64,000 nucleotides of DNA from Candidatus Freyarchaeum deiterrae (GCA_037305845.1 CP147778.1:192001-256000); one strand, 5' to 3'. Shown: positions 49,155-60,000, counted from the first letter of the stretch. The notes: generated by a model from the sequence alone, not told the origin. Translations and numbers: made by a program.

Positions 49155-49703
49155 TTGGAGGTTATTGGGATGCCAGAGAGAGGAGAGTATCCAAAGCAAT
49201 TTGAAACGGTGTTGAAACTCAGGGATGGAACAGAAGTTTTTGTAAGGCCCCTAAAAATTGAAGACAGGGACAAACTTTACCAATTGTATGTTTCTCTCTC
49301 AAAGCAAACAAACTATGAACGCTTCTTCTCAAGAACACACATCACCATGGAGATGGTGGAAAAATGGAGCGATGTAAACTACATAGACAGCATGGCCCTC
49401 ATAGCAATAGCAAACGAAGATGGAGACGAGAAAATAGTTGCGGACAGCCGATTTTACCTCGACAAGAATACGGGGGAAGCCGAGGGCGCAATAGTCATAC
49501 TCGACACCTGGCAGGAGAGAGGAGTCGGAACGAAACTCATAGAATACGGCTTAGAAGTAGCGAAAAAAATGGGAGTCAAAAAACTCCGAGCAGACATCGC
49601 CCCAGACAACAGGAGAATAATACACGTAATGAAGAAACTAGGCTTTCAAGTAAAGTGGATACCAGACATCGGCGGTTACGAAATCAACTTAACTCTAGAA
49701 TAG
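49155..49703 (+). CDS. GNAT N-acetyltransferase
   Basis: LRDGTEVFVRP..WQERGVGTKL..N..KKLGF; start may be ATG 49170. Confidence 0.88.
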   Translation: MEVIGMPERGEYPKQFETVLKLRDGTEVFVRPLKIEDRDKLYQLYVSLSKQTNYERFFSRTHITMEMVEKWSDVNYIDSMALIAIANEDGDEKIVADSRFYLDKNTGEAEGAIVILDTWQERGVGTKLIEYGLEVAKKMGVKKLRADIAPDNRRIIHVMKKLGFQVKWIPDIGGYEINLTLE

Positions 49704-49850
49704 GAAAACCAAAGAAAAAGCCACACCCAAAAAAGTTAGCACAATTTTGCTGCCCCTAAGTTTTTGATTCTTCCAGTTCACCCTTACAAGCCCCAGTAAA
49801 CGTAAAACTTAAATGTCTACGTATAAAGGGATGTTTCGGAGGTAAATGAA

Positions 49851-49997
49851 TTGGTGGAGAAACTTCTTGCTAAATGCCCAAGGTGTGGTGCGGAAATTGA
49901 GGTTAAGAGATCAATGAGATGGCGGCTGTCGGTAGAGGGAAATTGCAGCGCCTGCGGAATACACTTCACAACTCCGACATTTTGGGAAAAAAAATAA
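49851..49997 (+). CDS. 48-aa zinc-finger micro-protein (not in ORF track)
   Basis: MVEKLLAKCPRCGAEIEVKRSMRWRLSVEGNCSACGIHFTTPTFWEKK; GGAGGT RBS. Confidence 0.7.
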   Translation: MVEKLLAKCPRCGAEIEVKRSMRWRLSVEGNCSACGIHFTTPTFWEKK

Positions 49998-50316
49998 AGT
50001 GATTGTGGAATGGAAAATTCCTTATTCCTTCCTGTCTCCTTTACCAACAATCCATCTATCATCTGAAAAGTAATCACTCTGCAATCATAACTCCAAATGT
50101 TCAAATGAAAAAAGGAATTCCTCGTTCTCAAAATTTTTTATGGGAAGCAGTGGAAGCACCAGAAATGATACTTACAGAGGTTCTTATATTTTAAAAAGAC
50201 ACAAGACCATAATTGGATGCGAAAAAAACCCATCATCATTTGTAGTAGAAGAACCCTTTAACCAAACAAAATTCACGCTATTAAGGAGGAAGAATAAGAA
50301 TAGAGAGGGTTTCACC

Positions 50317-50679
50317 ATGCTAACAATACCAGTATCATTAGAGATTAAGACCCAGCAGAGAAAACAAGTAGCGACCACGATAACCATGGATTTGTATAAC
50401 ATGATTACTTCCAAAATTGGAATCTATGGATCATTAGCAGCCTATATAAGATACTTAATTTTGAGGGATAACGACCAGAACTATAATGCAAACCTCAGCA
50501 TGGTGACCACTTATCGGCAAACAACACTAGAAATAACCCAAACCAAATTCATGAACCCGCCCAGAAACACAAGCGATGACAAAAACGCCAATAATTGCAA
50601 CCCTAATTTTGCAGGATACGGCGACTTACACCAACAATTAATACTAGAACTAAAAAGCAAAATCAGAAAAATAGACTAA
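50317..50679 (+). CDS. Hypothetical protein, possible N-terminal RHH
   Basis: VATTITMDLYNMI..GSLAAYIRYLILRD; start at ATG 50317 after GAGAGGG. Confidence 0.55.
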   Translation: MLTIPVSLEIKTQQRKQVATTITMDLYNMITSKIGIYGSLAAYIRYLILRDNDQNYNANLSMVTTYRQTTLEITQTKFMNPPRNTSDDKNANNCNPNFAGYGDLHQQLILELKSKIRKID

Positions 50680-50968
50680 CTAACTACTAAAGCAATATAA
50701 ACAACTACAAGAAGAAAAAAAATCATTACTCTACTAAGATGAAAAGAAAAGAAAAAAGTTCCCCCCCCTTTTTCCAGATTCAATTAAAGGTTTCTCTAAA
50801 GGAGAATATAGGCCGTCTTTTCGAGACTTTTGTAAACCAAAGCAAGTATTTGAATACAACCTACCTGCAGAGAGATTCAGTCCTGTAGCGTACCCGTATC
50901 CATCGGTTTATTTCCAGTGGATGGGTAAAAAGTAAGTGTTCCTTTTTAGCTCAGTTTGTAGTAACACT

Positions 50969-51550
50969 TTACTGCACAGGAGCAGTTTTTAGTTTATGAG
51001 CATTATTATTACTCTCTAGTTCTGGGGCGCTACCCTTGCGACTTTTCGCGGTGCGCTTTGATTTACTTTTCATTAGGCTTTCTAGGTATTTTGTTTCCTC
51101 TTCGTCGAGGTAGCGGTATGTTCCTTGACCCCAGTTTACACCAAATATGTCTTTGGCTTTAATGCCTTTTATCCAGTTTTCTTCGGGCATGGGTTTGAAT
51201 TCTTTGAAGTACAACCAGTAATCGTTCCTTCCAGTCTCGACGTGGTCGACTTCCGATGTTGCCCATAGGACAAGCGTGTTGTCTGTGTCGGGAAAAACGA
51301 AAAACACTTTCCCGTTTGCTTTTTCAAAGGGTTTATCGCTTACCCAGCGATACTCGGTGCAGAGTGTTGACTCGTAGCACCAGAGACAGGCGCATGTTCC
51401 ATTCTTGTCTGTTTTGAATACGCCAGTATCAGGGAATCTCACATCAACTATCTGTTTACTGCACTTGAAGAGACGGGGATCCTTATCAGCATTCGTACAT
51501 TTACCCATCCATTTCTGGTTATTAAACGCTACACGAATTACAATATCCAT
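50969..51550 (-). CDS. Hypothetical protein
   Basis: 193-aa ORF with plausible composition; WGQGTYRYL motif; several Cys. Confidence 0.7.
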   Translation of the reverse strand: MDIVIRVAFNNQKWMGKCTNADKDPRLFKCSKQIVDVRFPDTGVFKTDKNGTCACLWCYESTLCTEYRWVSDKPFEKANGKVFFVFPDTDNTLVLWATSEVDHVETGRNDYWLYFKEFKPMPEENWIKGIKAKDIFGVNWGQGTYRYLDEEETKYLESLMKSKSKRTAKSRKGSAPELESNNNAHKLKTAPVQ

Positions 51551-51890
51551 TACAAATTCCCTTCATTTCTCACTTTTTTAAATTGTTTAGACACAATTCA
51601 GTTCAAAGGGATGGTACGAGGACATTGATTGTTTCACGGTCAGCGTGGAACAGAGCAGAGGGGAGGTAAAGCAAGTCCAACTTTTTACCTATTGGAGTAC
51701 ACTAATTCCTCTTTCCATTTTTCATGTTGGTCTAAATAAGAATAAGTCCAAATAGAAATATAAACATTTTCATTTTCGAAACCTAATAGAACCGACCTTT
51801 TAAGCAATTAGTTCGATACTCAAACAGGTCTCTTTTAGGTATCTTCAGAAGAGGAATTTAAGCGAAGCCTACCAAGCCGGATAATATTTG

Positions 51891-52103
51891 TTAGGCGACA
51901 CTACCTTTGAGACTTATTGAAATCGGTCTGTCCTTAAGTGTGCTCACATTTAGAATGGAGAAGCCGATAATGTTTCCTTCCATATCGACCCTTTCCATTA
52001 CTGCGTCGTTCTCTGTTTCTCTGAAGTAACCTGCTTTTATCTCAAATATGACTTCTAGATAGTCTCCCTCCTTATCATACCAAACTGTTATCTCCTTTCC
52101 CAT
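51891..52103 (-). CDS. DUF2283-family protein (putative antitoxin)
   Basis: WYDKEGDYLEV...GNIIGFSIL. Confidence 0.85.
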   Translation of the reverse strand: MGKEITVWYDKEGDYLEVIFEIKAGYFRETENDAVMERVDMEGNIIGFSILNVSTLKDRPISISLKGSVA

Positions 52104-52402
52104 AATATCTCACCTTTTTTTACCGTGTTCGTAAGGTACGCAGTTATAATAAACAAATCATCAATTAATACTTTAACTGCGACACATAAATATTTCTCGG
52201 TAACCGATGTAACCTTATAATATCTGTAAAATAGTTCAACAAGAGGGTCTGACCTTGACTTGATAACTATATCCGGATTTAATAAAGTTTCAAATATTTT
52301 GTCAATTTGCCCAGACATTTCTGTATGTTTTGCTTCAATATACTTTTGTCGTTCATCTGTCAATCGAATTAGCCTATTGTGAACATCTTTAAAACGTTTC
52401 AT
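52088..52402 (-). CDS. RelE/DUF4258-like putative nuclease toxin
   Basis: IRLTDER..HxEM..TLLNPD...FIITAY; overlaps the DUF2283 gene. Confidence 0.75.
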   Translation of the reverse strand: MKRFKDVHNRLIRLTDERQKYIEAKHTEMSGQIDKIFETLLNPDIVIKSRSDPLVELFYRYYKVTSVTEKYLCVAVKVLIDDLFIITAYLTNTVKKGEILWERR

Positions 52403-52542
52403 TCATCTACACCAATGTTCCTATTATTTTTACTACATCGCCCAATCACGGATACACTAAATCCCAACTTCAATCCATCCTGTGAGACTACCACTGCACA
52501 ACTTCGTGTCATCTTCGATTCAGATGAATTAAAAAAAAGTCG

Positions 52543-52737
52543 TTAATATTTGTCGTATCTGATCTCTCTCAGCTTCTTCAAGTACTCTGTGCTCGTGGCT
52601 CCATTTGGAACAGCTTCTTTAAAGGCGCCTAGGAGCTCGTCGACAACACTCTTGCTAGTGACCTCTGTCTTGACCTTGTACCCCATGTTTTTAATGAATT
52701 CCACCAGGTCTTTCAACTCAACGGGCACAAAACTCAC
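52543..52737 (-). CDS. Small antitoxin-like protein
   Basis: LLGAFK...STEYLKKLR C-terminal pattern typical of archaeal VapB-type antitoxins; no intact toxin follows. Confidence 0.5.
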   Translation of the reverse strand: MSFVPVELKDLVEFIKNMGYKVKTEVTSKSVVDELLGAFKEAVPNGATSTEYLKKLREIRYDKY

Positions 52738-53078
52738 CTAAAAATAGTATCGCTGGACTATCTTCTTAAACATTTATCCTCCTATGGTTTCAATGTAATC
52801 TTTTTACTTAAAAAATTTAAAAAATTCGACAAGGATGAAAAGCGGATTATAGTTTAAATACAGAAGATTATTATACTTCCTTTTAAAAGTAAAATTGATA
52901 ATAACCCAAATAAAATTAAAGGCGAACACAAGCAATCTTTATACATTACCTTAACTCCGCATTAGGTTTGGAGCAATTGTCAGGAATCGCATGATCGCTA
53001 TTCGCATAATTTTCTATCAACCTGAAACGCTCAGATTTGGATGTTGTTAAATTTAGAAGTTAAGTTTGAGGGAAACTA

Positions 53079-53294
53079 ATGCGTTCAATAAAAATAATCG
53101 TTGAAAAACATCCTGAGGGATATGTGGCGTATCCTCTTGGACTAAAGGGTATAGTGGTTGGAGAAGGAGACACCTATGAGGAAGCTCTTGCAGATGTAAA
53201 ATCCGCTATCCTTTTTCACATCGAAACATTTGGGGAAGAGTCTTTTGAAGTGGAGGATATAGAAGAAGCCTTTGTAACAGAAGTAGCAGTATAA
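53079..53294 (+). CDS. hicB: HicB-family antitoxin
   Basis: GYVAYPLGLKG.V.EGDTYEEALADVKSAI. Confidence 0.85.
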   Translation: MRSIKIIVEKHPEGYVAYPLGLKGIVVGEGDTYEEALADVKSAILFHIETFGEESFEVEDIEEAFVTEVAV

Positions 53295-53530
53295 TGAAAT
53301 TTCCCAGAGATGCACCAAAACGCAAAGTTATAAAGACTTTAGAAAATCTAGGGTTCCGGATTGTAAGAGAGGGGAATCATATCTCAATGGAAAGAGAAAA
53401 TCCCGATGGTACTAAAACACCATTAACTATACCAAACCCTAAAACAATAAAAGGTCCCACTTTAAGAACAATTTGCAGGCAAGCGGATATATCTAGGGAG
53501 GAGTTCCTTAGAATTTACAACAAAGCCTGA
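53294..53530 (+). CDS. hicA: HicA-family toxin
   Basis: LENLGFRIVREGNHISM..LTIP..TLRTICRQA; TAATG translational coupling. Confidence 0.87.
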   Translation: MKFPRDAPKRKVIKTLENLGFRIVREGNHISMERENPDGTKTPLTIPNPKTIKGPTLRTICRQADISREEFLRIYNKA

Positions 53531-54368
53531 ATCAAATCTACTAATTATTTTTAGGAATTCCCAAGAAATAGGGAAAACAGAAAACTCGAAGGATCAGAGA
53601 ATCTGAAAGATTTTAAATTTGAGAAATAATTCTAAATTAGTGAAACTTTATATCCAAAACCGTGTTTATGAGACGCAGCGAAATAAAATGAATAGTCTAA
53701 AAAGCGATGACAAGTGTTCCATGGAAAAAGGGGTCCTATGCCGCATATAAGATAGTGGATAAATTAGTAGAGGATAATAAAATTTTCAGGAATTCAGATA
53801 AAACTAAACTTGTGGAGTTTTTATCATCTCTGATGGAGAAGTTGCCTCCTTAACAAAGGATGTCTGTTACCGATGATAAGCTGACTGATAAAATTGAAAA
53901 AATAATGTTGGCAGAAGCGACCATTTAAGTATTCAACGAAATAAGCCCCGAACAAATGGCTTCTTTTGAAGCGGCAACGAAAAAAATGCGTTAAAACTTG
54001 ATTTGAATTAAAAATCATTTTTCAGAGGAGTCAGCTGACAAATTCATCAACTCTCTTTTTTATGGCACGCACCTGAGTAATAAGTATTTAAATTCAGCAT
54101 ATACAATGAGAAAACTTAAAAAACTCGAAATACGCGTTTGAGCATACTAGATTCATCAAAGAACAAAAAGGGATTGTGGAAGAGGAATTTAACGAAACAC
54201 GTAGAAGATAATTAAGAACACCAAAAAGGGAATAGCTAAGCTCAAAACAAAACCGTCAACAATAAAAAATAAAAAAACGAGCAAAAAAATACGATAAAAT
54301 AATGAACAAAAATAAAACCAAACAACCTCAAAAAAAATAGTATGTTACGCTAACAGAAGGTGTAAAAA

Positions 54369-55247
54369 ATGAATTATAAAGACGAAGAAGATGATAAGGA
54401 AGAAAACAACGAAGAAGAAGAAGAAGAGGAAGAAGAAGAAGATTCTGATGAAGAATCCTGGGAAGATGAAGTTTTTGCAGAAGAAGAACCAGGAGAAAAC
54501 GAAACCGAGGATGAAGCAAGCCTAAGACTGCTAATAGTCCTACTGGACGACAGAAACGATAAAGAGCGCGCAAACGCGGTAGAGGCTATAGCAGATTACG
54601 CTACCCAAGGAATAACAGACAAGAACGCCCTACCCAAACTCGTCAAAATGCTGGACGACAAATACGAGGATGCACGCCTCAACGCTGCATTAGCCCTTTC
54701 TAATTACGCAGGTCAAGGACTCACGGATCCTTCCGCTCTACCAAAGATCGTGAAAATGCTGAATGACGACCCGGAGGTAGTAGTATTCGCCGTAACCGCC
54801 CTCGCAGCCTACGCTAACGCAGGGCTTACCGACAAGTCCACCCTACCAAAATTCGTCCAGCTACTGGATGACGACGAAATACGCATGTTCGCCCTAACCG
54901 CCCTAGCCGCATACGCCTCCAAAGGACTCCCAGACAAAACCGCACTACCCAAACTCACACCACTGCTCGACGACAGCGACGAAGGAATACGAATGTACAC
55001 CCTAGCCACAATCGGAGCCTACGCCCAAGCAGGAGCCACAGACAAAACCATACTACCAAAAATAGTAGAACTACTAGAAGACGGATACGTCTGCACACAA
55101 GCCTCAGAAACACTCGGCAAATACGCAGAAAAAGGACTCACAGACAAAAACGCCGTACCCAAACTCAAAGAACTCCTAAAAGACGAAGAATACCACGACA
55201 AAGCCCAAAACGCCCTCGACAAATACGCAGAAAAAGGACTCAAATAA
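54369..55247 (+). CDS. HEAT-repeat protein with acidic N-terminus
   Basis: Poly-Glu/Asp leader; ~38-aa repeats ALPKLVKMLDD...ALAAYA.QGLTDK. Confidence 0.85.
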   Translation: MNYKDEEDDKEENNEEEEEEEEEEDSDEESWEDEVFAEEEPGENETEDEASLRLLIVLLDDRNDKERANAVEAIADYATQGITDKNALPKLVKMLDDKYEDARLNAALALSNYAGQGLTDPSALPKIVKMLNDDPEVVVFAVTALAAYANAGLTDKSTLPKFVQLLDDDEIRMFALTALAAYASKGLPDKTALPKLTPLLDDSDEGIRMYTLATIGAYAQAGATDKTILPKIVELLEDGYVCTQASETLGKYAEKGLTDKNAVPKLKELLKDEEYHDKAQNALDKYAEKGLK

Positions 55248-55459
55248 ATAAACAACTCAACAAGCCAAAGTGAAACACCCACAAAACCCAAAAACAAGTC
55301 CACCCAATGAGCAACAACACCAGAAGCGTGAACACGAGGCAAAAGCTTCCAGTCAACTCTTCACTTACTTCACTTAACTTTTTTATTTTAACAGGAAATT
55401 AGTTTAGTTAACAGACACACATGTGTGTATGTATGTATTTTATCGTGGGACTGAGAGGT

Positions 55460-56407
55460 ATGGATAAAGAATTAAGAAAAAAGTTGAGCGAGGAACAACA
55501 GGACACAGTGGAAAAGGTTGAAAGTACCCTGGAGGGAGTTGCCGAGATTGAGGACTGGGAATTCGAAGACCAGGTCCTAAGGCTCTTCTCAGACTCGAAC
55601 CTAACCCTCCACATCGACTTTGAAAGCAAGAACCTCTACCTCTACTCCGAGGACAACTACGGCGCATCCGCCCCCCAAGGCGAAACAGTAGAAGAAGTAG
55701 CCAACTGGTTCCGAATGTACGCCGACCAAATGGAGAAAGAACACAAAAAAATGCTGGACCTGGGCTTCGCCCCGGAAAACGTGGAACACGAAGACGTATC
55801 CGACATATTCTGCCTCTACAGCAAAGCCTACCCCCTCGACCAGTTAGACGACCTGACGAAAGACCTGAAAAAACTCAACCAACTATGGGACGAGACGGAG
55901 AACGAGTGGAAAAAACTCTACCCGGGAACCCAAGACGCTGAAGACCAGAAAAACTACGAGTACGAAGACGAAGAAAACCTGATGGAACTCGTGGAACAAC
56001 TAGGAGACCAGGACAAACAATCACGAATGAACGCACTAATAGCCATAGGAGACTACGCCTGCGACGGACTCACAACCAAAACCGCCCTACCAAAACTAGT
56101 AGAACTACTGGACGACCAAGACACAGAGATAAGAATGAACGCATTGTACGCACTCGGAGACTACGCCACCGAAGGACTCACAGTTGAAACCATACTACCA
56201 AAACTCACAAAACTACTCGACGACCAAGACGAAAGAGTACGCAGCGGAGCAGCATACGCCCTAGCCACCTACGCCACCAAAGGACTCACAATCAAAACAG
56301 CCCTACCGAAACTCGCAAAACTACTAAAAGACAAAAGCGAGGAAACAAGAGACTACGCAGCGTACGCCCTCGACGAGTACGATGAAAAGGGACTAAAACC
56401 CACATAG
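55460..56407 (+). CDS. Protein with C-terminal HEAT repeats
   Basis: Repeats ALPKLVELLDDQD..RMNAL.ALGDYA.EGLT; start at ATG 55460 after GAGAGGT. Confidence 0.85.
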   Translation: MDKELRKKLSEEQQDTVEKVESTLEGVAEIEDWEFEDQVLRLFSDSNLTLHIDFESKNLYLYSEDNYGASAPQGETVEEVANWFRMYADQMEKEHKKMLDLGFAPENVEHEDVSDIFCLYSKAYPLDQLDDLTKDLKKLNQLWDETENEWKKLYPGTQDAEDQKNYEYEDEENLMELVEQLGDQDKQSRMNALIAIGDYACDGLTTKTALPKLVELLDDQDTEIRMNALYALGDYATEGLTVETILPKLTKLLDDQDERVRSGAAYALATYATKGLTIKTALPKLAKLLKDKSEETRDYAAYALDEYDEKGLKPT

Positions 56408-56814
56408 ACACCAACCAAAAAAACTGGCGCATCTTTATTCAGACTAAATAATCCTACCCTTTCGCTTTTCTAAAGGACAGCATACTTTTTTTTATTCTTA
56501 AATGGCCTGATTACAACTTCTTAAATAAGGAAAGAAATAAGAGAATTTTTGAAGCGTCTAATAGCAATGGAAAAAGAAAAAGTCAAGTCTTCTCCGAATC
56601 GCTTACCAAAGCTTCTAGGATAGAATGCCCCGCTAAATCTATTATTCACGGATTAAACCCCGACCCCTAGGCATCTATCAGCGAAACCCCCACAGCAACC
56701 AGTCAAGTAGTCCGCATAGTTATCAATCTGAACACTTTACCTCAACCAATAAATTTATTTCGAGAGTTTTACATAAATAACCACAGTCAACCTCGAGAAG
56801 GGAGTGATAAAGAA

Positions 56815-56970
56815 ATGAAATGTAAGGTAATATCAGCCGCAGGCGTCAGGAAAACCGAAGTACTAGAAGAAAAAATTAATGACTGGCTAAAGTTCCAGAG
56901 CAAAGCCCAAATCAAAAACGTGGTCACACTGGGCGATTGGAACTGGGTAGTAATTTTCTACGAGGAATAA
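56815..56970 (+). CDS. 51-aa micro-protein, Cse60/DUF2758-like (not in ORF track)
   Basis: MKCKVISAAGVRKTEVLEEKINDWLKFQSKAQIKNVVTLGDWNWVVIFYEE; GGAGTGA RBS. Confidence 0.7.
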   Translation: MKCKVISAAGVRKTEVLEEKINDWLKFQSKAQIKNVVTLGDWNWVVIFYEE

Positions 56971-57138
56971 TCATCGAAAATCCCAAACCAATCCAACACA
57001 CTTTTTTACAAACACACCCGCTCCAAAACTTATAAGAAAGAAACACACACTCATAGAAATGAGTCTGGAACAAATAATAGTTCCCTCATTCAAACCCCTT
57101 TAAGATTCTCTCCAAGTTTCTTTGATTTTTAGTTCTTT

Positions 57139-57543
57139 TCAAATCTTATTTAGAGCTTCAATAACGCCTTCCACCGATTTGCAGATTACCTTCATTGGAA
57201 CTTCAATGATTAAATTTATATCTTCTACGTTTGAGAAGGTTCGGCAGTCGGTTTTCAGTCCAATAATGGGTTTACCCAGAGCCGCCGCGTACCCGATTTC
57301 GAAGGCTACACCGCACTCGACATCTATTCCATCCAGCACCGCAACCACCACCTCACTCTTCTCAAGTGCTCTTATGTCATTTTTATAAATAGTGGTTTTC
57401 TCCTCCTTTGTCGGCTCCTTTATGAATAATTCCTCCTGAGCCATCCAAACTTCAAAGCCAGCTTCCCGGAGTCCTTTGGCGATTTTCTCATTGAATGCTA
57501 GTTCGCCTTCGCTGAACAAGGGGGCAGACAAGTAAATCTGCAT
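57139..57543 (-). CDS. Nucleoside 2-deoxyribosyltransferase family protein
   Basis: IYLSAPLF...DIRAL...DVECGVAFEIGYAAALGKPI; start at ATG 57543 after GGAGG. Confidence 0.88.
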   Translation of the reverse strand: MQIYLSAPLFSEGELAFNEKIAKGLREAGFEVWMAQEELFIKEPTKEEKTTIYKNDIRALEKSEVVVAVLDGIDVECGVAFEIGYAAALGKPIIGLKTDCRTFSNVEDINLIIEVPMKVICKSVEGVIEALNKI

Positions 57544-57911
57544 TAAACATCCTCCTTTATTGATACGCAAATAAAGGGGTAATACGTGAAGCCAATTCAC
57601 TTTTTGTATTTCCCTAAACTGACAATACTGAATTTGATGTTGTTCTAGTGGACTTATCAATCTTTGGAATAATTAGGACTATCACAACATAAAACTACGT
57701 TTATTAAAGAGCTAATATCGCACATGCCTGTGTAGGGCTTGTCTTGTTCTACGGACACAAATTTATCTCAACTTAATAATTGATTTTATTTATAAATTTC
57801 GAAAATTTTTGTAAAAATTTTATAATGGATTTAAAAATGTATTTTTAATAAATAAGTCTATTATTTCAATTAACTTTCTTATCCAATGATAATTGAATTT
57901 AAGTCAATTTG

Positions 57912-58078
57912 GATCGAAATGTATAATAAGTGGTAACGTACATCTATAATTTGATCTAAATTTCATATAGATATATAAAAAATTAAAATAAGATCTAGAA
58001 AGATTTATATATTATTTAGATCTAGATATAATCTGATGAAGAAAGTGATCTTTAATATATTAAACAGCTTTATTGATC
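57912..58078. repeat. Cluster of six GATC sites upstream of the DGQHR gene
   Basis: GATC at 57912, 57953, 57992, 58019, 58047 and 58075 in very AT-rich DNA. Confidence 0.7.
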
Positions 58079-58116
58079 CTTAAATAATTCTGACCCAATA
58101 ATGGAGGTGAATTTAA

Positions 58117-59298
58117 TTGGAGTTTAAACATGTTTGGAAAGTTATTCAATGGGGATACGGCGAAGGTGCAGATAGAACCGCTCTGTATTTACTTAGCGTA
58201 CCAGCTAGGACTCTAATTGGGAAAGCGGACGTTTACCGGAGAACTCCAAAAAGGAGAAATGGATACCAGCGGGAAATTTCAGATGTACGACTAGGAAAAG
58301 GTAAGTATGGAGTAGCCGGCTACCTGTTGAATCAAATGGGTTTATTCCCAACATCTATTCTTGTGAATGTAAGAAAAGAAGAAGCGAAACTTGAGTTCGA
58401 AGAGGAAGAAAAAATAACGGATAATATTTCAGTTGGAAAGCTCGTTATACCTGACGATGTTATGTGGTATGTAATAGACGGACAACACCGGGTACTAGGA
58501 CTGAATGCAGCTTTGAGCGAGGTAGACGAAATCGGAGAGTATCCATTACTTGTTACAATGACAAATGAAAAGATATTCTATGAGATGTTGATTTTTTATA
58601 TGGTAAATAGTAGAGCAAAATCTGTGCCAACAGATTTGGCTTATAAAATTCTTCAGAGAATGTTATATGATGAGGAGGCATCTAAATGGATAGAGAATGA
58701 AATAATGAGGGGAGCGGATAGAAGAAAAGCTGTTGCCGCAACGATAGTTGATTACCTAAATATTAAGGAAGAATCTCCCTTCAACGGAAGAATTCAGGAA
58801 ACTGGAGAAGCTAGGAAACATGAGCATGTGACAACTGATGGCACATTAACACGATACGTAATTTTTATTCTTAAGGAAAAAATCTTCGAAAATATGCTTG
58901 ATGAAGCAGTAGCAGATCTTCTAGCAGATTACTGGGGAGCCATAAAAGAAATTTACCCTAAATGTTTCGATGCCAAGGAACATGAAGACTACGCGTTATT
59001 AAGTACACTTGGGTTGTCAAGCATGAGCAGGCTTTTTCCAGTAATTTATGGGTATTGCTCCAAGGATGGAGATGTCTCAAGAGGAAACATGGAAAAATAC
59101 TTGAGATATCTTCTAGAGGAAACACCGAAACTTAAAGAACCTGACTTTCAACGACCTATTACTGACAAATGGTGGAATAAGGCAGATGGCCCAGGAACAA
59201 TTCACGGATCGGGAGAGGGCCATTACACAAGAATTGCAAATAATTTTGCCCAAAAAATAGCTACAGTTATTTCAAAGAAAAAAGGCGGTGACACTTAA
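58117..59298 (+). CDS. DGQHR-domain protein (DndB/ParB-like)
   Basis: GYQRE..FPTSIL...VIDGQHR...VNSRAKSV. Confidence 0.9.
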   Translation: MEFKHVWKVIQWGYGEGADRTALYLLSVPARTLIGKADVYRRTPKRRNGYQREISDVRLGKGKYGVAGYLLNQMGLFPTSILVNVRKEEAKLEFEEEEKITDNISVGKLVIPDDVMWYVIDGQHRVLGLNAALSEVDEIGEYPLLVTMTNEKIFYEMLIFYMVNSRAKSVPTDLAYKILQRMLYDEEASKWIENEIMRGADRRKAVAATIVDYLNIKEESPFNGRIQETGEARKHEHVTTDGTLTRYVIFILKEKIFENMLDEAVADLLADYWGAIKEIYPKCFDAKEHEDYALLSTLGLSSMSRLFPVIYGYCSKDGDVSRGNMEKYLRYLLEETPKLKEPDFQRPITDKWWNKADGPGTIHGSGEGHYTRIANNFAQKIATVISKKKGGDT

Positions 59299-59429
59299 GA
59301 CGCTAAAATTTGGCGTTAAACAATAATGGGAATAAAATCAATTCTCTTTACTCCTATTTTTTGTAAGTTTTCTGTCTCACTTGAATTTGGTTTATTCCCA
59401 AATCGGAAGATAGGAGGAGTCTCGGAAAA

Positions 59430-59894
59430 ATGAAAGTAAGAATCATCCCTTGCGATAAAATGTATATAATTTATTACCTCGGAGAGTACGAATACGGCGA
59501 TGGAATAGAGATATATGATATAGGCTGCGGTAAAGAAAATTACATCTTTTTCTATAAGGATAGAGAACCGATAATGGAGATAAACAATTACAATCTACGA
59601 GAAGAGATGCTTATAGAGGCAGACTATATTGCCGAAATCCGGCGAAACTGGTTAGGCGATTTAATAGTAACTATTATTATGCCTTACGGAGACAATGAGT
59701 ACAGAATACCAGAAAGTCTAATGGAAGTGGATAGAGTTGTTGTGCATGATTTCGAAAGGAAACTCATTTACAGAATGGTGGAAAACGGAGCAAATATTTT
59801 TTTCAAAGCTGGAAGGACGAATAGAATTATTCCGTATGGAGAGGCAAAAAAAGAAATTGAAGATGTTTTTACTTTAGAATTTTTCTGCATGTAG
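59430..59894 (+). CDS. Hypothetical protein
   Basis: 154-aa ORF with AGGAGG RBS. Confidence 0.7.
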   Translation: MKVRIIPCDKMYIIYYLGEYEYGDGIEIYDIGCGKENYIFFYKDREPIMEINNYNLREEMLIEADYIAEIRRNWLGDLIVTIIMPYGDNEYRIPESLMEVDRVVVHDFERKLIYRMVENGANIFFKAGRTNRIIPYGEAKKEIEDVFTLEFFCM

Positions 59895-60000
59895 ATATAT
59901 TTATCAGAATTTTACTATTCTATTTTGCTTATAAGATACCTAATGCAGGTTAGCTTGCAGAGAATTTGTACTAAATCGTGAAATTCTGAGAAAATTATTT

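Noticed and set aside
53690-54200. Possible decayed gene between hicA and the HEAT-repeat gene
   Set aside because: Coding-like composition but multiple stops and no recognisable family, so it cannot be supported without a search.
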